Positions 9,156 through 18,800 are shown, numbered from the stretch's first letter. The stretch: 64,000 nucleotides of DNA from Roseomonas sp. (GCA_020249145.1 JADCGF010000011.1:75012-139011); one strand, 5' to 3'. Notes: generated from the sequence alone by a model not told the origin. Numbers and translations: made by a program.

Positions 9156-9764
9156 ATGTCAGCAGATGCGCGGCGCTTTGCGCCTGCCGTTGCGCGCAAT
9201 AAGACTGCCATCACCGAAGTTTTGGCGCGCCATTTGCCGGCATCGGGCCTGATACTGGAAGTCGCGAGCGGTTCCGGCGAACACGCGCTGCATTTCGCGG
9301 CGCATTTTCCAGCGCTGCGCTTTCAACCGACCGACCCCGATGCTGCTGCCCTTGCCAGCATCGCGGCGTGGCGAGAGGAAGCGCCGCTTGCCAATCTACT
9401 GCCGCCCCTGATGCTGGACGTGATGGCCGATGCCTGGCCGGTACAGAAGGCTGATGCGCTGCTATGCATCAACATGATTCATATCGCGCCCTGGGAAGCG
9501 ACAGCAGCGCTGATGCGGGGCGCCGCGCGCATTTTGCCGCCGGATGTAATGCTGTTCCTCTATGGCCCCTTCAAGCAGGGTGGTGCGCATACCGCCCCCA
9601 GCAATGCGGAATTTGATGCAAGCCTGCGCGCCCAGGATGCGCGTTGGGGTGTGCGTGATCTGGAAGCGGTGGCGCGCATCGCCAGCGCAGCGGGTTTCGC
9701 CGCGCCGGTGGTGGAAGTGATGCCCGCGAATAATCTGTCAGTTATCTTTCACCGATTGCCGTGA
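9156..9764 (+). CDS. DUF938 family SAM-dependent methyltransferase
   Basis: APAVARNK, LEVASGSGEH, FQPTD, CINMIHIAPW, LYGPF, SNAEFDASL, MPANN. Confidence 0.9.
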   Translation: MSADARRFAPAVARNKTAITEVLARHLPASGLILEVASGSGEHALHFAAHFPALRFQPTDPDAAALASIAAWREEAPLANLLPPLMLDVMADAWPVQKADALLCINMIHIAPWEATAALMRGAARILPPDVMLFLYGPFKQGGAHTAPSNAEFDASLRAQDARWGVRDLEAVARIASAAGFAAPVVEVMPANNLSVIFHRLP

Positions 9765-9827
9765 CGCCCCATTTGTGGACTCAAAAAAGCCATCGCTCCA
9801 CATGACGTCATCCACATTCACAAACAC

Positions 9828-11813
9828 TCACCCGCCCCGTTGCAGCAGCGCCACCACGGCGCGCTGCCACGCTTCAAAGGCACGGCTGGATGCGGCGCCT
9901 TTGGCTTCCGCGTCCCGGCTGGCGGAATTCAGCCGCTGACGTGCCGCCTGCTGTTCCCCGCCGGTGCGATCTTCCACCGCTTGGCGGGCGCGGGTCAGCG
10001 CTTGGTCGGCTGAGCGCGCTTCGCGTGCGGCAAGCCGCGCGGCATCGAGTAAGACGCGGATTTGCTGAAGCGCCGTGATGGTGGTGGCCAGCGCCTCACG
10101 CCCCGGCACATCGGCGCCGGTACGCGCCAGGATTTCCTGCAGTTTTTCGACCGAACCCGGCCCGCCCGGGATGCGGCGAAGCGAGGCTTCCAGATCGAAC
10201 TGCGCCGGTTGCAGCAAAAGCGGATCGCCAAGGCCCTGATCCCAAAGCGGCAAATCCTGGCGCTGATCACGTTCAAAGCCAAGCCGAATGGTTTTGGGCG
10301 CGGCTTCCAATTGCGTTTCATACCGCAAGCCGAAATCACCTTCCGCTGCCACCGGGAAACGCGGTGTGGCACCGGGGCGGCGCGGCAGGTCAATCACCAT
10401 CAGGCCGCTGGCGCCACGCGGATCAATCGCCAGCGCGGTTTCTTCGATGCGTTTTGAGTCAACGGTGATGAAACCACGCCGAAGGCTGATGCGCGTAATG
10501 TCGTCCCGGTTGCTGCTTTGGCTGGTCAGGCGCAGATCACGATCACGCGCAAAGGCGATAAGGCGTTGATCGCCGGGTGACAGAGCGCGCAATTCGGCAT
10601 CGCCGAGGAAGCTTGGCGCATCCGACCCGCCAAAAACCGTGACCAGGCCATCAGGCAGCACGTGGGTGGAGGTGTTGCGGAAGCGCAGCGCCTGCAAAGG
10701 GCGCGTCGCCGCCAGATCCTGCACCCACCAGAGCCGTTCTGCCGGCAGGTTGAGATCAAGGAAGGGCAGGTTGGCCGTTTCGCCGCTACGTATCGTCACG
10801 GGTTGTTCCAGAGTGAAGGCCACGCGCCCGGCAGCGGCTTCCGCCGCGACATTCACAGCGAGCGGCGCTGGCGCTGGGGCCGCTTCCGCGCGCATGGCGG
10901 CGCGCGGTGCAGGGGTGGGTGGCGGTGCCATCATCGGTGCCGCCGCCGCTACCATGGGCTGAGGGCCGGTATCGGGTGTCACGCGAATGGCTTCCGCAAT
11001 GCGCACCGGCATCTCAGGGCGCGGCACGGTGATGGGTTCGAATATCGGCTGATGGAAGGCAGCCGCTTCATCCGACACCAGCGAAATCCGCACGCCCTCC
11101 CAATCACTGCCCGAGGCATTTTCCACCACGGCCCAGCCCATGAGCCGCGCCTGAGCGCCCGTTGCGCCCAACGCGGGCGCCATCAGCCGATAGGAAGGCT
11201 TCCAGAGCGGCGCGCCGGCAATATAGATCACCGCCACTTGCCGCGCGCGATCTGACCTCAGGCGGATTTCGATGCGCCTTTCATCATCACTGCGCGCCGC
11301 CGCCAACGCTTCCGCCGCGCGCGCCACACGGGCGGCAAGCGTGGGGTCGGTCAGCGTCACTTCATCGCCGGGCTTCAGCAGGACAGAGAGCAGACCGCGC
11401 GGCGCGATAAGCGAAAGATGCAGCCCGGCTTCGGTTTCCGCCGCGGTTGCAATGCGCCCGCGCGCCCCGGCGGCTTCCGCTTCCTGACCGCGCAGCGCAT
11501 TCAGCAGGCTCGTGCGGTTGTCGAAATCCGCAGGGCGCAGCGGCAGGCCGCGAAAGGCCTCATTCAGCAAATCTCGCCCCGGCAGGCTGAGGCCTTCAAC
11601 ACGCCCGGTGGGATCAAAGATCATCAGCGATCGCAACAGATCATCCACATCACCAAGCGGGGCGCGAAACACGACCGGCGCATTTGCTGCGACTTCGCCA
11701 GCGCGTTCAATCTGCGCAATGCCGGCGGAGGAAAGTGTCACGCCACGGATCGGCATTTCTGACGCAAATGCCGCAGGGGCAATCAGCGAAAGGGCAAGGC
11801 TGGTGCGACGCAT
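9828..11813 (-). CDS. DUF4139 domain-containing exported protein
   Basis: Signal peptide, IRGVTLSSAGIAQIER, DDLLRSL, APLWKPSYRL, GWAVVENASGSDWEGVRISLVS. Confidence 0.8.
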   Translation of the reverse strand: MRRTSLALSLIAPAAFASEMPIRGVTLSSAGIAQIERAGEVAANAPVVFRAPLGDVDDLLRSLMIFDPTGRVEGLSLPGRDLLNEAFRGLPLRPADFDNRTSLLNALRGQEAEAAGARGRIATAAETEAGLHLSLIAPRGLLSVLLKPGDEVTLTDPTLAARVARAAEALAAARSDDERRIEIRLRSDRARQVAVIYIAGAPLWKPSYRLMAPALGATGAQARLMGWAVVENASGSDWEGVRISLVSDEAAAFHQPIFEPITVPRPEMPVRIAEAIRVTPDTGPQPMVAAAAPMMAPPPTPAPRAAMRAEAAPAPAPLAVNVAAEAAAGRVAFTLEQPVTIRSGETANLPFLDLNLPAERLWWVQDLAATRPLQALRFRNTSTHVLPDGLVTVFGGSDAPSFLGDAELRALSPGDQRLIAFARDRDLRLTSQSSNRDDITRISLRRGFITVDSKRIEETALAIDPRGASGLMVIDLPRRPGATPRFPVAAEGDFGLRYETQLEAAPKTIRLGFERDQRQDLPLWDQGLGDPLLLQPAQFDLEASLRRIPGGPGSVEKLQEILARTGADVPGREALATTITALQQIRVLLDAARLAAREARSADQALTRARQAVEDRTGGEQQAARQRLNSASRDAEAKGAASSRAFEAWQRAVVALLQRGG

Positions 11814-11868
11814 GGGGTTGGCTCCGTCAACTGCGACAATGCGTGTTTGCGTGCCCAAAGCGGCGAAT

Positions 11869-12327
11869 TTAGGGCGCCTTCACGGGACGATTGGCATGGC
11901 TTGATTGCGGCACACCGCGATTGAGCGACATATGCGAATGCACACACAGCCACGCATCAGGCTTGCCGTGGAATATGATGGTGGCGCGGCCTGGCCTTTC
12001 AAAGCGCGTGCCATCCGGGTGAAAACCGGTACTGGTCCAGGGCGCGACAACAACCACCATGGATTTGTCATCGGATGCCAGCATATGGGTTTCCGAAAGG
12101 GTGAAGCGAAAATCCTCGGTCTTTGGCCAGACATTATCCCATTGCGTCGCCTGCCACGCGGCAAGCCCTGGAATCACATCGCGATGCGTTCCAAAAGCCA
12201 GCACATCGGGATGAAACAGCGGGCGCGCGGACGCGTAATCAACTTCCCGCACAAAACCGGCGAAGCGATCCAGCCATGCATCAAACCAGGCGCGCGTTGC
12301 GGCATCGGCTTTTGGTAGATTGGTCAT
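11869..12327 (-). CDS. SnoaL/NTF2-like family protein
   Basis: NTF2-like pattern ending GRATIIF...WLCVHSHMS. Confidence 0.75.
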   Translation of the reverse strand: MTNLPKADAATRAWFDAWLDRFAGFVREVDYASARPLFHPDVLAFGTHRDVIPGLAAWQATQWDNVWPKTEDFRFTLSETHMLASDDKSMVVVVAPWTSTGFHPDGTRFERPGRATIIFHGKPDAWLCVHSHMSLNRGVPQSSHANRPVKAP

Positions 12328-12494
12328 GCGGCACACCCTTTCGGCTTCGGTGATGACAGCCTGATCCGAAGCGGCGGCGCTTTCAAGCCTTGCGGCTTGA
12401 GACTTGCCGGGCGGGTCTGTGCGGGCCTAGCCTTCCGGCGATGGATCGCGGCTGCGGCGCAAGGCCGTGGCACGCCATGCGAGAAGGAAAGACC

Positions 12495-13544
12495 ATGCCG
12501 AAACTCAGTGCCGATCGTGTCAAGGAAATCGGCCGCACATTGTTGATTGCTGCCGGCGCACCGGCGGATGAGGCGGAAACCGTTGCGCGGCATTGCACCA
12601 GCGCCAATCTTGTGGGCCATGATTCGCATGGCATCATCATGATCCCGGGCTATATCGAAAGGATCAAGGTTGGGCATATCGTGCCCGGTGCGCCATGGAA
12701 GATTGTGCAGGAATCCGCTACAACATCGGTGATTGATGGGCATTGGGGGTTTGGTTACGTCGCCAATGAAAAGGCCATGCGCTACACCATCGAAAAAGCG
12801 CAAACATCCAATGTCGCGGCCGCGACTGTGTTTCGGCAGGGGCATATTGGCAGGCTGGCGAGCTATCCGCTGATGGCCGCTGAAGCCGGCATGATTGGCA
12901 TTTGCACGGCGGATTCCGGGCGTTCGCCCAAGGCGGTGGCGCCTTTCGGTGGGCGTGAAGCGCGGCTTGGCACCAACCCGATTTCCATTGCGGTGCCCTC
13001 GGATTTGGCCGGGCCTTTTGTGCTGGATATGGCAACCTCGGCTGCCGCCGCCGGCAAGGTTTTTCTGGCGCAAGCGCGCGGGCAGGAAGTGCCGGATGGT
13101 TGGGTGATTGGCGCGGATGGCAAGCCCACGCGTGATCCTTCGCAATTGAAGAAGGGCGGCGCTTTGCTGCCACTTGGTGGCACGGAAGGCTATAAGGGCT
13201 TTGGCTTGGCGGCGATGGTGGAAATTCTTTGCGGCCTGCTGACGGGGCTTGGCTTTGGCGTGGAGCCCACGGGTCGGCATAATGACGGCTGCTTCATGGC
13301 GGTGTTCAAAGTGGATGCCTTCCGCCCTCTGGCGCAATTCAAACAGGAAGTTGCGGATTTCGCGCGCTATCTGAAGGACACACCGCCCGCCGAAGGCAGC
13401 CAGGGCGTTTTCTACCCCGGAGAGCTTGAAGCGATGCGTGAGGCTGATCGCCGCGCCAATGGCATTGAGATTGAAGACAAGACGATTGAAGTGCTCACCA
13501 AACTTGCCGGTGAATTGGGCGTGGCCGGCAAGCTTGGGTTGTAG
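12495..13544 (+). CDS. Ldh2-family (malate/L-lactate/ureidoglycolate/sulfolactate) dehydrogenase
   Basis: GHDSHG, IDGHWGFG, GHIGRL, LGTNPI, LDMATS, GYKGFGL; AAGGA RBS. Confidence 0.92.
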   Translation: MPKLSADRVKEIGRTLLIAAGAPADEAETVARHCTSANLVGHDSHGIIMIPGYIERIKVGHIVPGAPWKIVQESATTSVIDGHWGFGYVANEKAMRYTIEKAQTSNVAAATVFRQGHIGRLASYPLMAAEAGMIGICTADSGRSPKAVAPFGGREARLGTNPISIAVPSDLAGPFVLDMATSAAAAGKVFLAQARGQEVPDGWVIGADGKPTRDPSQLKKGGALLPLGGTEGYKGFGLAAMVEILCGLLTGLGFGVEPTGRHNDGCFMAVFKVDAFRPLAQFKQEVADFARYLKDTPPAEGSQGVFYPGELEAMREADRRANGIEIEDKTIEVLTKLAGELGVAGKLGL

Positions 13545-13546
13545 AT
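13524..13546 (+). repeat. Left copy of an imperfect 23-bp direct repeat (3' end of the Ldh2 gene)
   Basis: GCCGGCAAGCTTG-ggttg-TAGAT. Confidence 0.8.
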
Positions 13547-13571
13547 CGGAAAGCAGAACGAGTACTAAGAT

Positions 13572-14639
13572 ATGGAAAACATCCCAATTCTCAAATGGGC
13601 TGATCTCCAAGAGGAGAATTGGGATGCTCTATTGCTTGGTAACGGCGCGAGTATCGCTATAGATGACCGCTTCAGGTATCCATCGCTTTATGAAAAGGCC
13701 TACCCCAAAGAAGAAAAAAGTACAGAGCGAAAGCTCTTTGAGAAGCTCGAGACTAAAGATTTTGAGCAGGTTTTGCTTGCGTGCAGACACGCCGAGTTGG
13801 TGAATGATATTCTTGAGAAAGACACCAACGAAATCGACAAAATTTCCAATAAAATAAAAAATGCCTTGATTCGCGCCGTCCGCGAAGTTCATCCAGAGCA
13901 TAGCGATGTCCGCGATAAGCTTCTTAGCGCTGCGAGGTTCGCGTCACAATTTAAGACCGTAATAAACCTAAACTACGATCTAACATTCTACTGGGGCTTT
14001 CTCTTGTTCAACGATTCTGATGATGGACAAAAAAATCAATTCAAAGATGGATTTGGGAAGAAAAATCCGAATCCGCAACTTCTGTTTAACGAAAACTGGG
14101 AATGGTTACGACGTCCACCCGGGCCAAGCGACAAGACTACCAGAGTTTTTTATCCTCATGGAAATCTATGTTTAGCAAGAAGGCTTTCGGGCAATGAGTT
14201 TAAAATTACAGCCACCCCTCAAACTGAAACGCTTCTCAATGAAGTTACCAGAAAATGGAGTGAACCAGATTGTTTCCCGCTATACGTTAGCGAAGGAACA
14301 AGCCTCCAGAAAAGGGCCGCAATCCGCAGAAGTGACTATCTTTCAAATGTATATGAAAATGTTCTGACGAAAATTGATGAAACAGATGACGGTAACCTAT
14401 TGGTATATGGCTGGAGCTTTGGTGACGGAGATGACCATATTTTGGAAGCTTTAAGGGAGAATACGTTTCGTACGATAGTGATTTCAGTTTACAGCGGCGT
14501 CGAGCCTTCCGAGCAGCAGGCCTTTTGCCTAAAAGTTTCGGCAAAGATTCGCAAAAAGTTCGGTAACATGAAACTGGTCTTTTTTGAATCACAAAGTCCG
14601 GGGTGCTGGATACATCCAACAAGCTCGCCGAGCGATTAG
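13572..14639 (+). CDS. DUF4917 family SIR2-like protein (AT-rich insert)
   Basis: ALLLGNGASIA..F.Y.SLY, NLNYDL, YPHGNL, YGWSFGDGDDHI; codon usage and GC differ sharply from the flanks. Confidence 0.8.
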   Translation: MENIPILKWADLQEENWDALLLGNGASIAIDDRFRYPSLYEKAYPKEEKSTERKLFEKLETKDFEQVLLACRHAELVNDILEKDTNEIDKISNKIKNALIRAVREVHPEHSDVRDKLLSAARFASQFKTVINLNYDLTFYWGFLLFNDSDDGQKNQFKDGFGKKNPNPQLLFNENWEWLRRPPGPSDKTTRVFYPHGNLCLARRLSGNEFKITATPQTETLLNEVTRKWSEPDCFPLYVSEGTSLQKRAAIRRSDYLSNVYENVLTKIDETDDGNLLVYGWSFGDGDDHILEALRENTFRTIVISVYSGVEPSEQQAFCLKVSAKIRKKFGNMKLVFFESQSPGCWIHPTSSPSD

Positions 14640-14644
14640 ATGTC

Positions 14645-14667
14645 GCCGGCAAGCTTGCATTCTAGAT
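14645..14667 (+). repeat. Right copy of the imperfect 23-bp direct repeat
   Basis: GCCGGCAAGCTTG-cattc-TAGAT; 18/23 identical to 13524-13546. Confidence 0.8.
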
Positions 14668-14671
14668 TTTG

Positions 14672-15427
14672 TCAGGTGAGATCGAAAGTAATCTCACCAA
14701 ATCCCGCGAACCCGGCCTGCACGCGCTGGCCGGGTGGGACGAAGATGCAGCCCGTATAGGTGCCGGTCGTCACTACCTGACCGGCGCGCAAATGCTCGCC
14801 AAGCCCGTGCAGATGATTGGCGAGCCAGACCAAAGGCAGCACGGGATCGCCGGAGGGGTTGCCTCCCTTCTGATCCACCTGCACCGCGCCGGCATAGGAT
14901 TGCCGCACGGCAAGATTGGGCAGATCGCAGCGCCGCCAATCCGCGACATCAGCGCCCACCACATAGCCAAGATGCGCGATATTATCAGCCATGCCTTCAG
15001 CTTGTGCCACGATCTTATGATCGGCATAGCGCGATTGCACCAATTCCAGCAGCGGGAAGGCAGCGTCTATCGCGTCCAGTACTTCATCGCGGCTATAGGT
15101 GTTGCCGCGGGGCGGCAGATCACGTTTCAGGCGGAACGCAACTTCGGTTTCAAGACCGATGGGGCGGGTATTCGCAACCCCCCAGCGCCCGCCAGATTGG
15201 CGCGCGCCGCTGGCGGCCATGATGCCGAAATTGGTGGGCTTGCCAGGCGGTGTGGCGCATTTCCACCCGCCGATGGCGCCACCCAGCGCCTTCAATACAC
15301 CGCGTTGGATAGCGAAGATCTCGGCCTCATTGCCCGGTGCGGCATCGCCCAGATTGGCGATGGGCGCGCCGCCCTTATGGACGCCGACCAGTTTTTCAAT
15401 CGCGCGCTTAATGGTTTCGGATGACAT
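14672..15427 (-). CDS. 2-keto-4-pentenoate hydratase / FAH-superfamily protein
   Basis: IGGWKC, LETEVAFRL, ELVQSRY, ADN, LVWLAN, AGQVVTTGT. Confidence 0.85.
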   Translation of the reverse strand: MSSETIKRAIEKLVGVHKGGAPIANLGDAAPGNEAEIFAIQRGVLKALGGAIGGWKCATPPGKPTNFGIMAASGARQSGGRWGVANTRPIGLETEVAFRLKRDLPPRGNTYSRDEVLDAIDAAFPLLELVQSRYADHKIVAQAEGMADNIAHLGYVVGADVADWRRCDLPNLAVRQSYAGAVQVDQKGGNPSGDPVLPLVWLANHLHGLGEHLRAGQVVTTGTYTGCIFVPPGQRVQAGFAGFGEITFDLT

Positions 15428-15438
15428 ATTTGGCTTGC

Positions 15439-16404
15439 CTATTCGTTCAATTCCGGAATAACCCAAAGCGGCGCTTCACCCCGCGCGACACGCTGCACAT
15501 TGTCAAATGCGTTGCGCAGGCGTGCAATGTTGCTGTCTTGCGTGGGGCCGGCCATATGCGCGGTCAGCACGACATTATCCAGGTTGAATAGCGGATTATC
15601 CGGCGGTGGTGGTTCCTGATCAAACACATCCAGCCCAGCGCCCGCGATTTGACCGGAAGACAGCGCGCGATAAAGTGCTGCTTCATCAACCACCGGCCCA
15701 CGGCTGGTATTGATCAAAAAGGCAGTCGGCTTCATCAGCGCCAATTCAGCCTCACCCAATAGCCCCTTGGTGCTGGCATTGAGCGGCACATGGAGCGAGA
15801 CGATATCAGATGTCCGCAGCAATTCACGATAAAGCCGGAAGCGCACATTCAGCGCATCTTCGGTTTCTTCGCGCAGCCGCGCAGTATCATAGTAATGCAC
15901 ATTCATGCCGAAAGCCTGCGCAAGCCGCGCGGTTTTCTTGCCGATGGTGCCAAGCCCCACAATGCCAAGCGTGCGTCCGCGCAATTCATAAAGCTTCGGT
16001 GTCTGGTTGCCGCGCCAGCGACCGGCAGCGACATTGGCGTGCTGGCGGATCAATTGCCGCGATACCGCCAACATCAGCAGCACCGCATGTTCGGAAACTG
16101 CGGTGGAATTTGCGCCACCATTATTGGCAAAGGGCACACCGCCACGTCGGGCTGCCGCGATATCCGCACGGTCATATCCCGCGCTCAATACCTGGATCAG
16201 CTTCAACTTGGGGGCGATAGCGTAAAGCTCATTCTTCACCAGCATATCCACGAAGCCGACCAGATATTCGGCCCCACCCATGGCTTCCTTCCAATCCGCG
16301 CCGCCGGGCTTGGCGATGCGCAAATCAAAACCATCGGGCGCCATTTCCTGGATCACCGCTTCATCCACCATGGATTGCGTGACAACAACAATACGCGGCT
16401 TCAT
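15439..16404 (-). CDS. D-isomer-specific 2-hydroxyacid dehydrogenase
   Basis: SAGYD, VSEHA, GIVGLGTIG, SLHVPL, INTSRG, LDVFDQEP, LTAHMAG. Confidence 0.92.
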   Translation of the reverse strand: MKPRIVVVTQSMVDEAVIQEMAPDGFDLRIAKPGGADWKEAMGGAEYLVGFVDMLVKNELYAIAPKLKLIQVLSAGYDRADIAAARRGGVPFANNGGANSTAVSEHAVLLMLAVSRQLIRQHANVAAGRWRGNQTPKLYELRGRTLGIVGLGTIGKKTARLAQAFGMNVHYYDTARLREETEDALNVRFRLYRELLRTSDIVSLHVPLNASTKGLLGEAELALMKPTAFLINTSRGPVVDEAALYRALSSGQIAGAGLDVFDQEPPPPDNPLFNLDNVVLTAHMAGPTQDSNIARLRNAFDNVQRVARGEAPLWVIPELNE

Positions 16405-16574
16405 GTTTCCTCCGAATTCGCTTTCGGGCGCAGCATGAACCGGCACGCCCTGGCCGCCAAGGGGCGGGATTGCGGCGGGGCTTGGCTGGCGTCATGCTGC
16501 CTTGTGGAAAGCGATGGAAGCAGGGGCGATTTCAAGGTGAAGCGGCATTGCGCGCCAGCAGGGGCGGGTCCGGC

Positions 16575-17780
16575 ATGAAGGAAGCCCCTTCGCGGCGCGC
16601 CTGGTTTATCTTGGCGGGGGGCTTTCTTGCCTTCACCATCAGTGCCGGGCTGATGCATGCCTATAGTGTTTTTCTGCTGGCCTTCATTGCTGAGTTTCGC
16701 TGGACCCGAGCGGAAAGTTCCATTGCATATTCGGTCGGGCAGGTGGTGGGCGGTGTTTCATCGCCGCTTGTGGGCGGCATGGTGGATCGGCTGGGCGCGC
16801 GGCGCATGGTGCTGCTGGGGGGCTGCCTGCTGGCAGTTGGGCTTTTTGGCAGCGCCTTCGCAACAACACTCTGGCAAGTTGTGCTGCTTTACGGCGTGGT
16901 GATGACGCTGGGCGCCAATTGCATCAGCATGGTGGTCTTTGCGCCGCTGATTTCGCGGCTATTCGTTGCGCGGCGCGGCATGGCCATGTCCATGCTGCAA
17001 TCCGCCAATGGTTTTGGTCGTGCCATTTCGGCTCCCATTGCGCAGCTTATGGTCAGTGAAGTAGGTTGGCGCAGCGCCTATCTGCTGCAAGCGGGCGTGA
17101 TGGCAGCACTGATCCTGCCATTGGCGGCGCTGTTTCGGGGTGCCGAACAAACGCCCATCGCCAAGCCTGTTGCTGAAACCGCGCCGCTGCGTGATTGGTC
17201 CGTTGCGCAGGCGATGCGTACGCGGCATTTCTGGCTGTTGTTCATTGTCTATGGCCTTACCAGTATCGGCAGTTTTCTGGTGTCGCTCCATCAATTGGCC
17301 TTTGCCGTGGGTCGCGGTTTTGATCCGCTGTATGCCGCTTTCGTGATTGGGCTTGGCAGCTTGCTGGCGCTACCTGGCGTGATCCTGACCGGGACGATCT
17401 CGGATTACATCGGACGCGAAGGTGCGGCGATACTGGCTTATGCGATTTCCATCATTGGTGTCGCTGCGGCGCTGCTGATTGATAACGCGGATCAACACCT
17501 GCTGTTCTGGATACATGCTTGTTTCTTTGGCATTACCTGGGGCGCGCGCGGGCCGGCCGTTACGGCGAAAACGGCTGATCTTTTCGGCGGCCCCAGGCTT
17601 GGCACCATTCTTGGCATGATCACCATCGGTTCCGGTCTTGGCGCCGGGCTTGGTGCCTGGGGCGCGGGGTTCCTGTTTGATCTGACAGGCAGCTACCAGC
17701 TTGGCTTCATGCTTTCCATCGCCGCTTATGCAACTGGGGCCTGCGTGTTTTGGGCGCTGCGCAAGCCGGTGCGGACGTGA
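16575..17780 (+). CDS. MFS transporter
   Basis: GGMVDRLGARR and GTISDYIGR motif-A loops, about 12 TM segments. Confidence 0.88.
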   Translation: MKEAPSRRAWFILAGGFLAFTISAGLMHAYSVFLLAFIAEFRWTRAESSIAYSVGQVVGGVSSPLVGGMVDRLGARRMVLLGGCLLAVGLFGSAFATTLWQVVLLYGVVMTLGANCISMVVFAPLISRLFVARRGMAMSMLQSANGFGRAISAPIAQLMVSEVGWRSAYLLQAGVMAALILPLAALFRGAEQTPIAKPVAETAPLRDWSVAQAMRTRHFWLLFIVYGLTSIGSFLVSLHQLAFAVGRGFDPLYAAFVIGLGSLLALPGVILTGTISDYIGREGAAILAYAISIIGVAAALLIDNADQHLLFWIHACFFGITWGARGPAVTAKTADLFGGPRLGTILGMITIGSGLGAGLGAWGAGFLFDLTGSYQLGFMLSIAAYATGACVFWALRKPVRT

Positions 17781-17816
17781 AACAGGCACTTGCTGCCAAT
17801 TGGCAGGAAAGGCGCT

Positions 17817-18800
17817 TCAGCTTTGCAGCCTGATCCCTGAATCCCTGATCACGCGCGCCCATTTGGCGATGTCATCAGCAATCCTGGCACGCATCTGTTC
17901 GCTATCGCCATCCACAATATCAAGGCCAAACCCTGTAAAGCGCTGGCGCATGGCGGGGTCCGCCAGAACGGCCCGCGATGTCGCCTGTACGCGATTCAGG
18001 ATTGGTTGCGGCGTACCGGCCGGCGCCATGGTGCCGAACCAGGAACTCGCTTCAAAGCCGGGGAAGCCTTGATCCACCAGCGTTGGTATTTCCGGCGCAT
18101 TGGCCGAACGTGCCAAGGTGGTGATGCCAAGCCCGCGCAATTGGCCATCGCGCACCATGGGAAGCACGGCGCCGATATTCTGGATGCCAAGCTGGACACT
18201 GCCATTCAGCACGTCGGCCATATTCGCGCCGCGATAGGGAATGTGTTCCATCTTGATGCCGGCCTGGCTGCAGAACATCTCACCAGCAGCATGCTGCGGC
18301 GTACCGACGCCCGGCGTGCCATAGGATACCTTGCCGGGATTGGCGCGGGCGTAAGCGACCAATTCCTGGATCGTGCGCGGCGGAAAATCGCGGTTCGACA
18401 CAAAAAGCGATGGCATGGCGAAGGCAAGGTGGATCGGTGCCAGATCCTTCACGGGATCAAAAGGCAGGCGCTGCAGGTTTGGCAGAAGGGTCAGCGCAGC
18501 GCTTGCCGCCCACATCAGCGTATAGCCATCCGGCGCTGATTTCGCGACACGATCAACGCCAATGGCGCCAGAATTGCCGGCGACATTCTCAACAACGACC
18601 GGCTGGCCCCAGGCTTCAGAAAATCTTTGCGCGAAAATACGCCCCGTCACATCCGTGGCGCTGCCGGCGGTGAAACCAACAATCAGCCGCACCGGGCGAT
18701 CCGGCCAATTGGTTTGCGCCAAGGCGCCAGCCGAAGCGCTGACGCCAACAAGTCCGATGCCACCCAGAAATACCCGGCGCCGCAAAAGCGATGCTGTCAT
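17817..18800 (-). CDS. Bug/TctC tripartite tricarboxylate transporter substrate-binding protein
   Basis: Tat-like RRRVF signal, WPDRPVRLIVGFTAG, APDGYTL, HIPYRG, PTLVDQG. Confidence 0.9.
   Translation of the reverse strand: MTASLLRRRVFLGGIGLVGVSASAGALAQTNWPDRPVRLIVGFTAGSATDVTGRIFAQRFSEAWGQPVVVENVAGNSGAIGVDRVAKSAPDGYTLMWAASAALTLLPNLQRLPFDPVKDLAPIHLAFAMPSLFVSNRDFPPRTIQELVAYARANPGKVSYGTPGVGTPQHAAGEMFCSQAGIKMEHIPYRGANMADVLNGSVQLGIQNIGAVLPMVRDGQLRGLGITTLARSANAPEIPTLVDQGFPGFEASSWFGTMAPAGTPQPILNRVQATSRAVLADPAMRQRFTGFGLDIVDGDSEQMRARIADDIAKWARVIRDSGIRLQS

Noticed and set aside
12324-13610. 428-aa antisense ORF over the Ldh2 gene
   Set aside because: Shadow ORF typical of high-GC coding DNA; no motifs, while the plus-strand protein is clearly Ldh2
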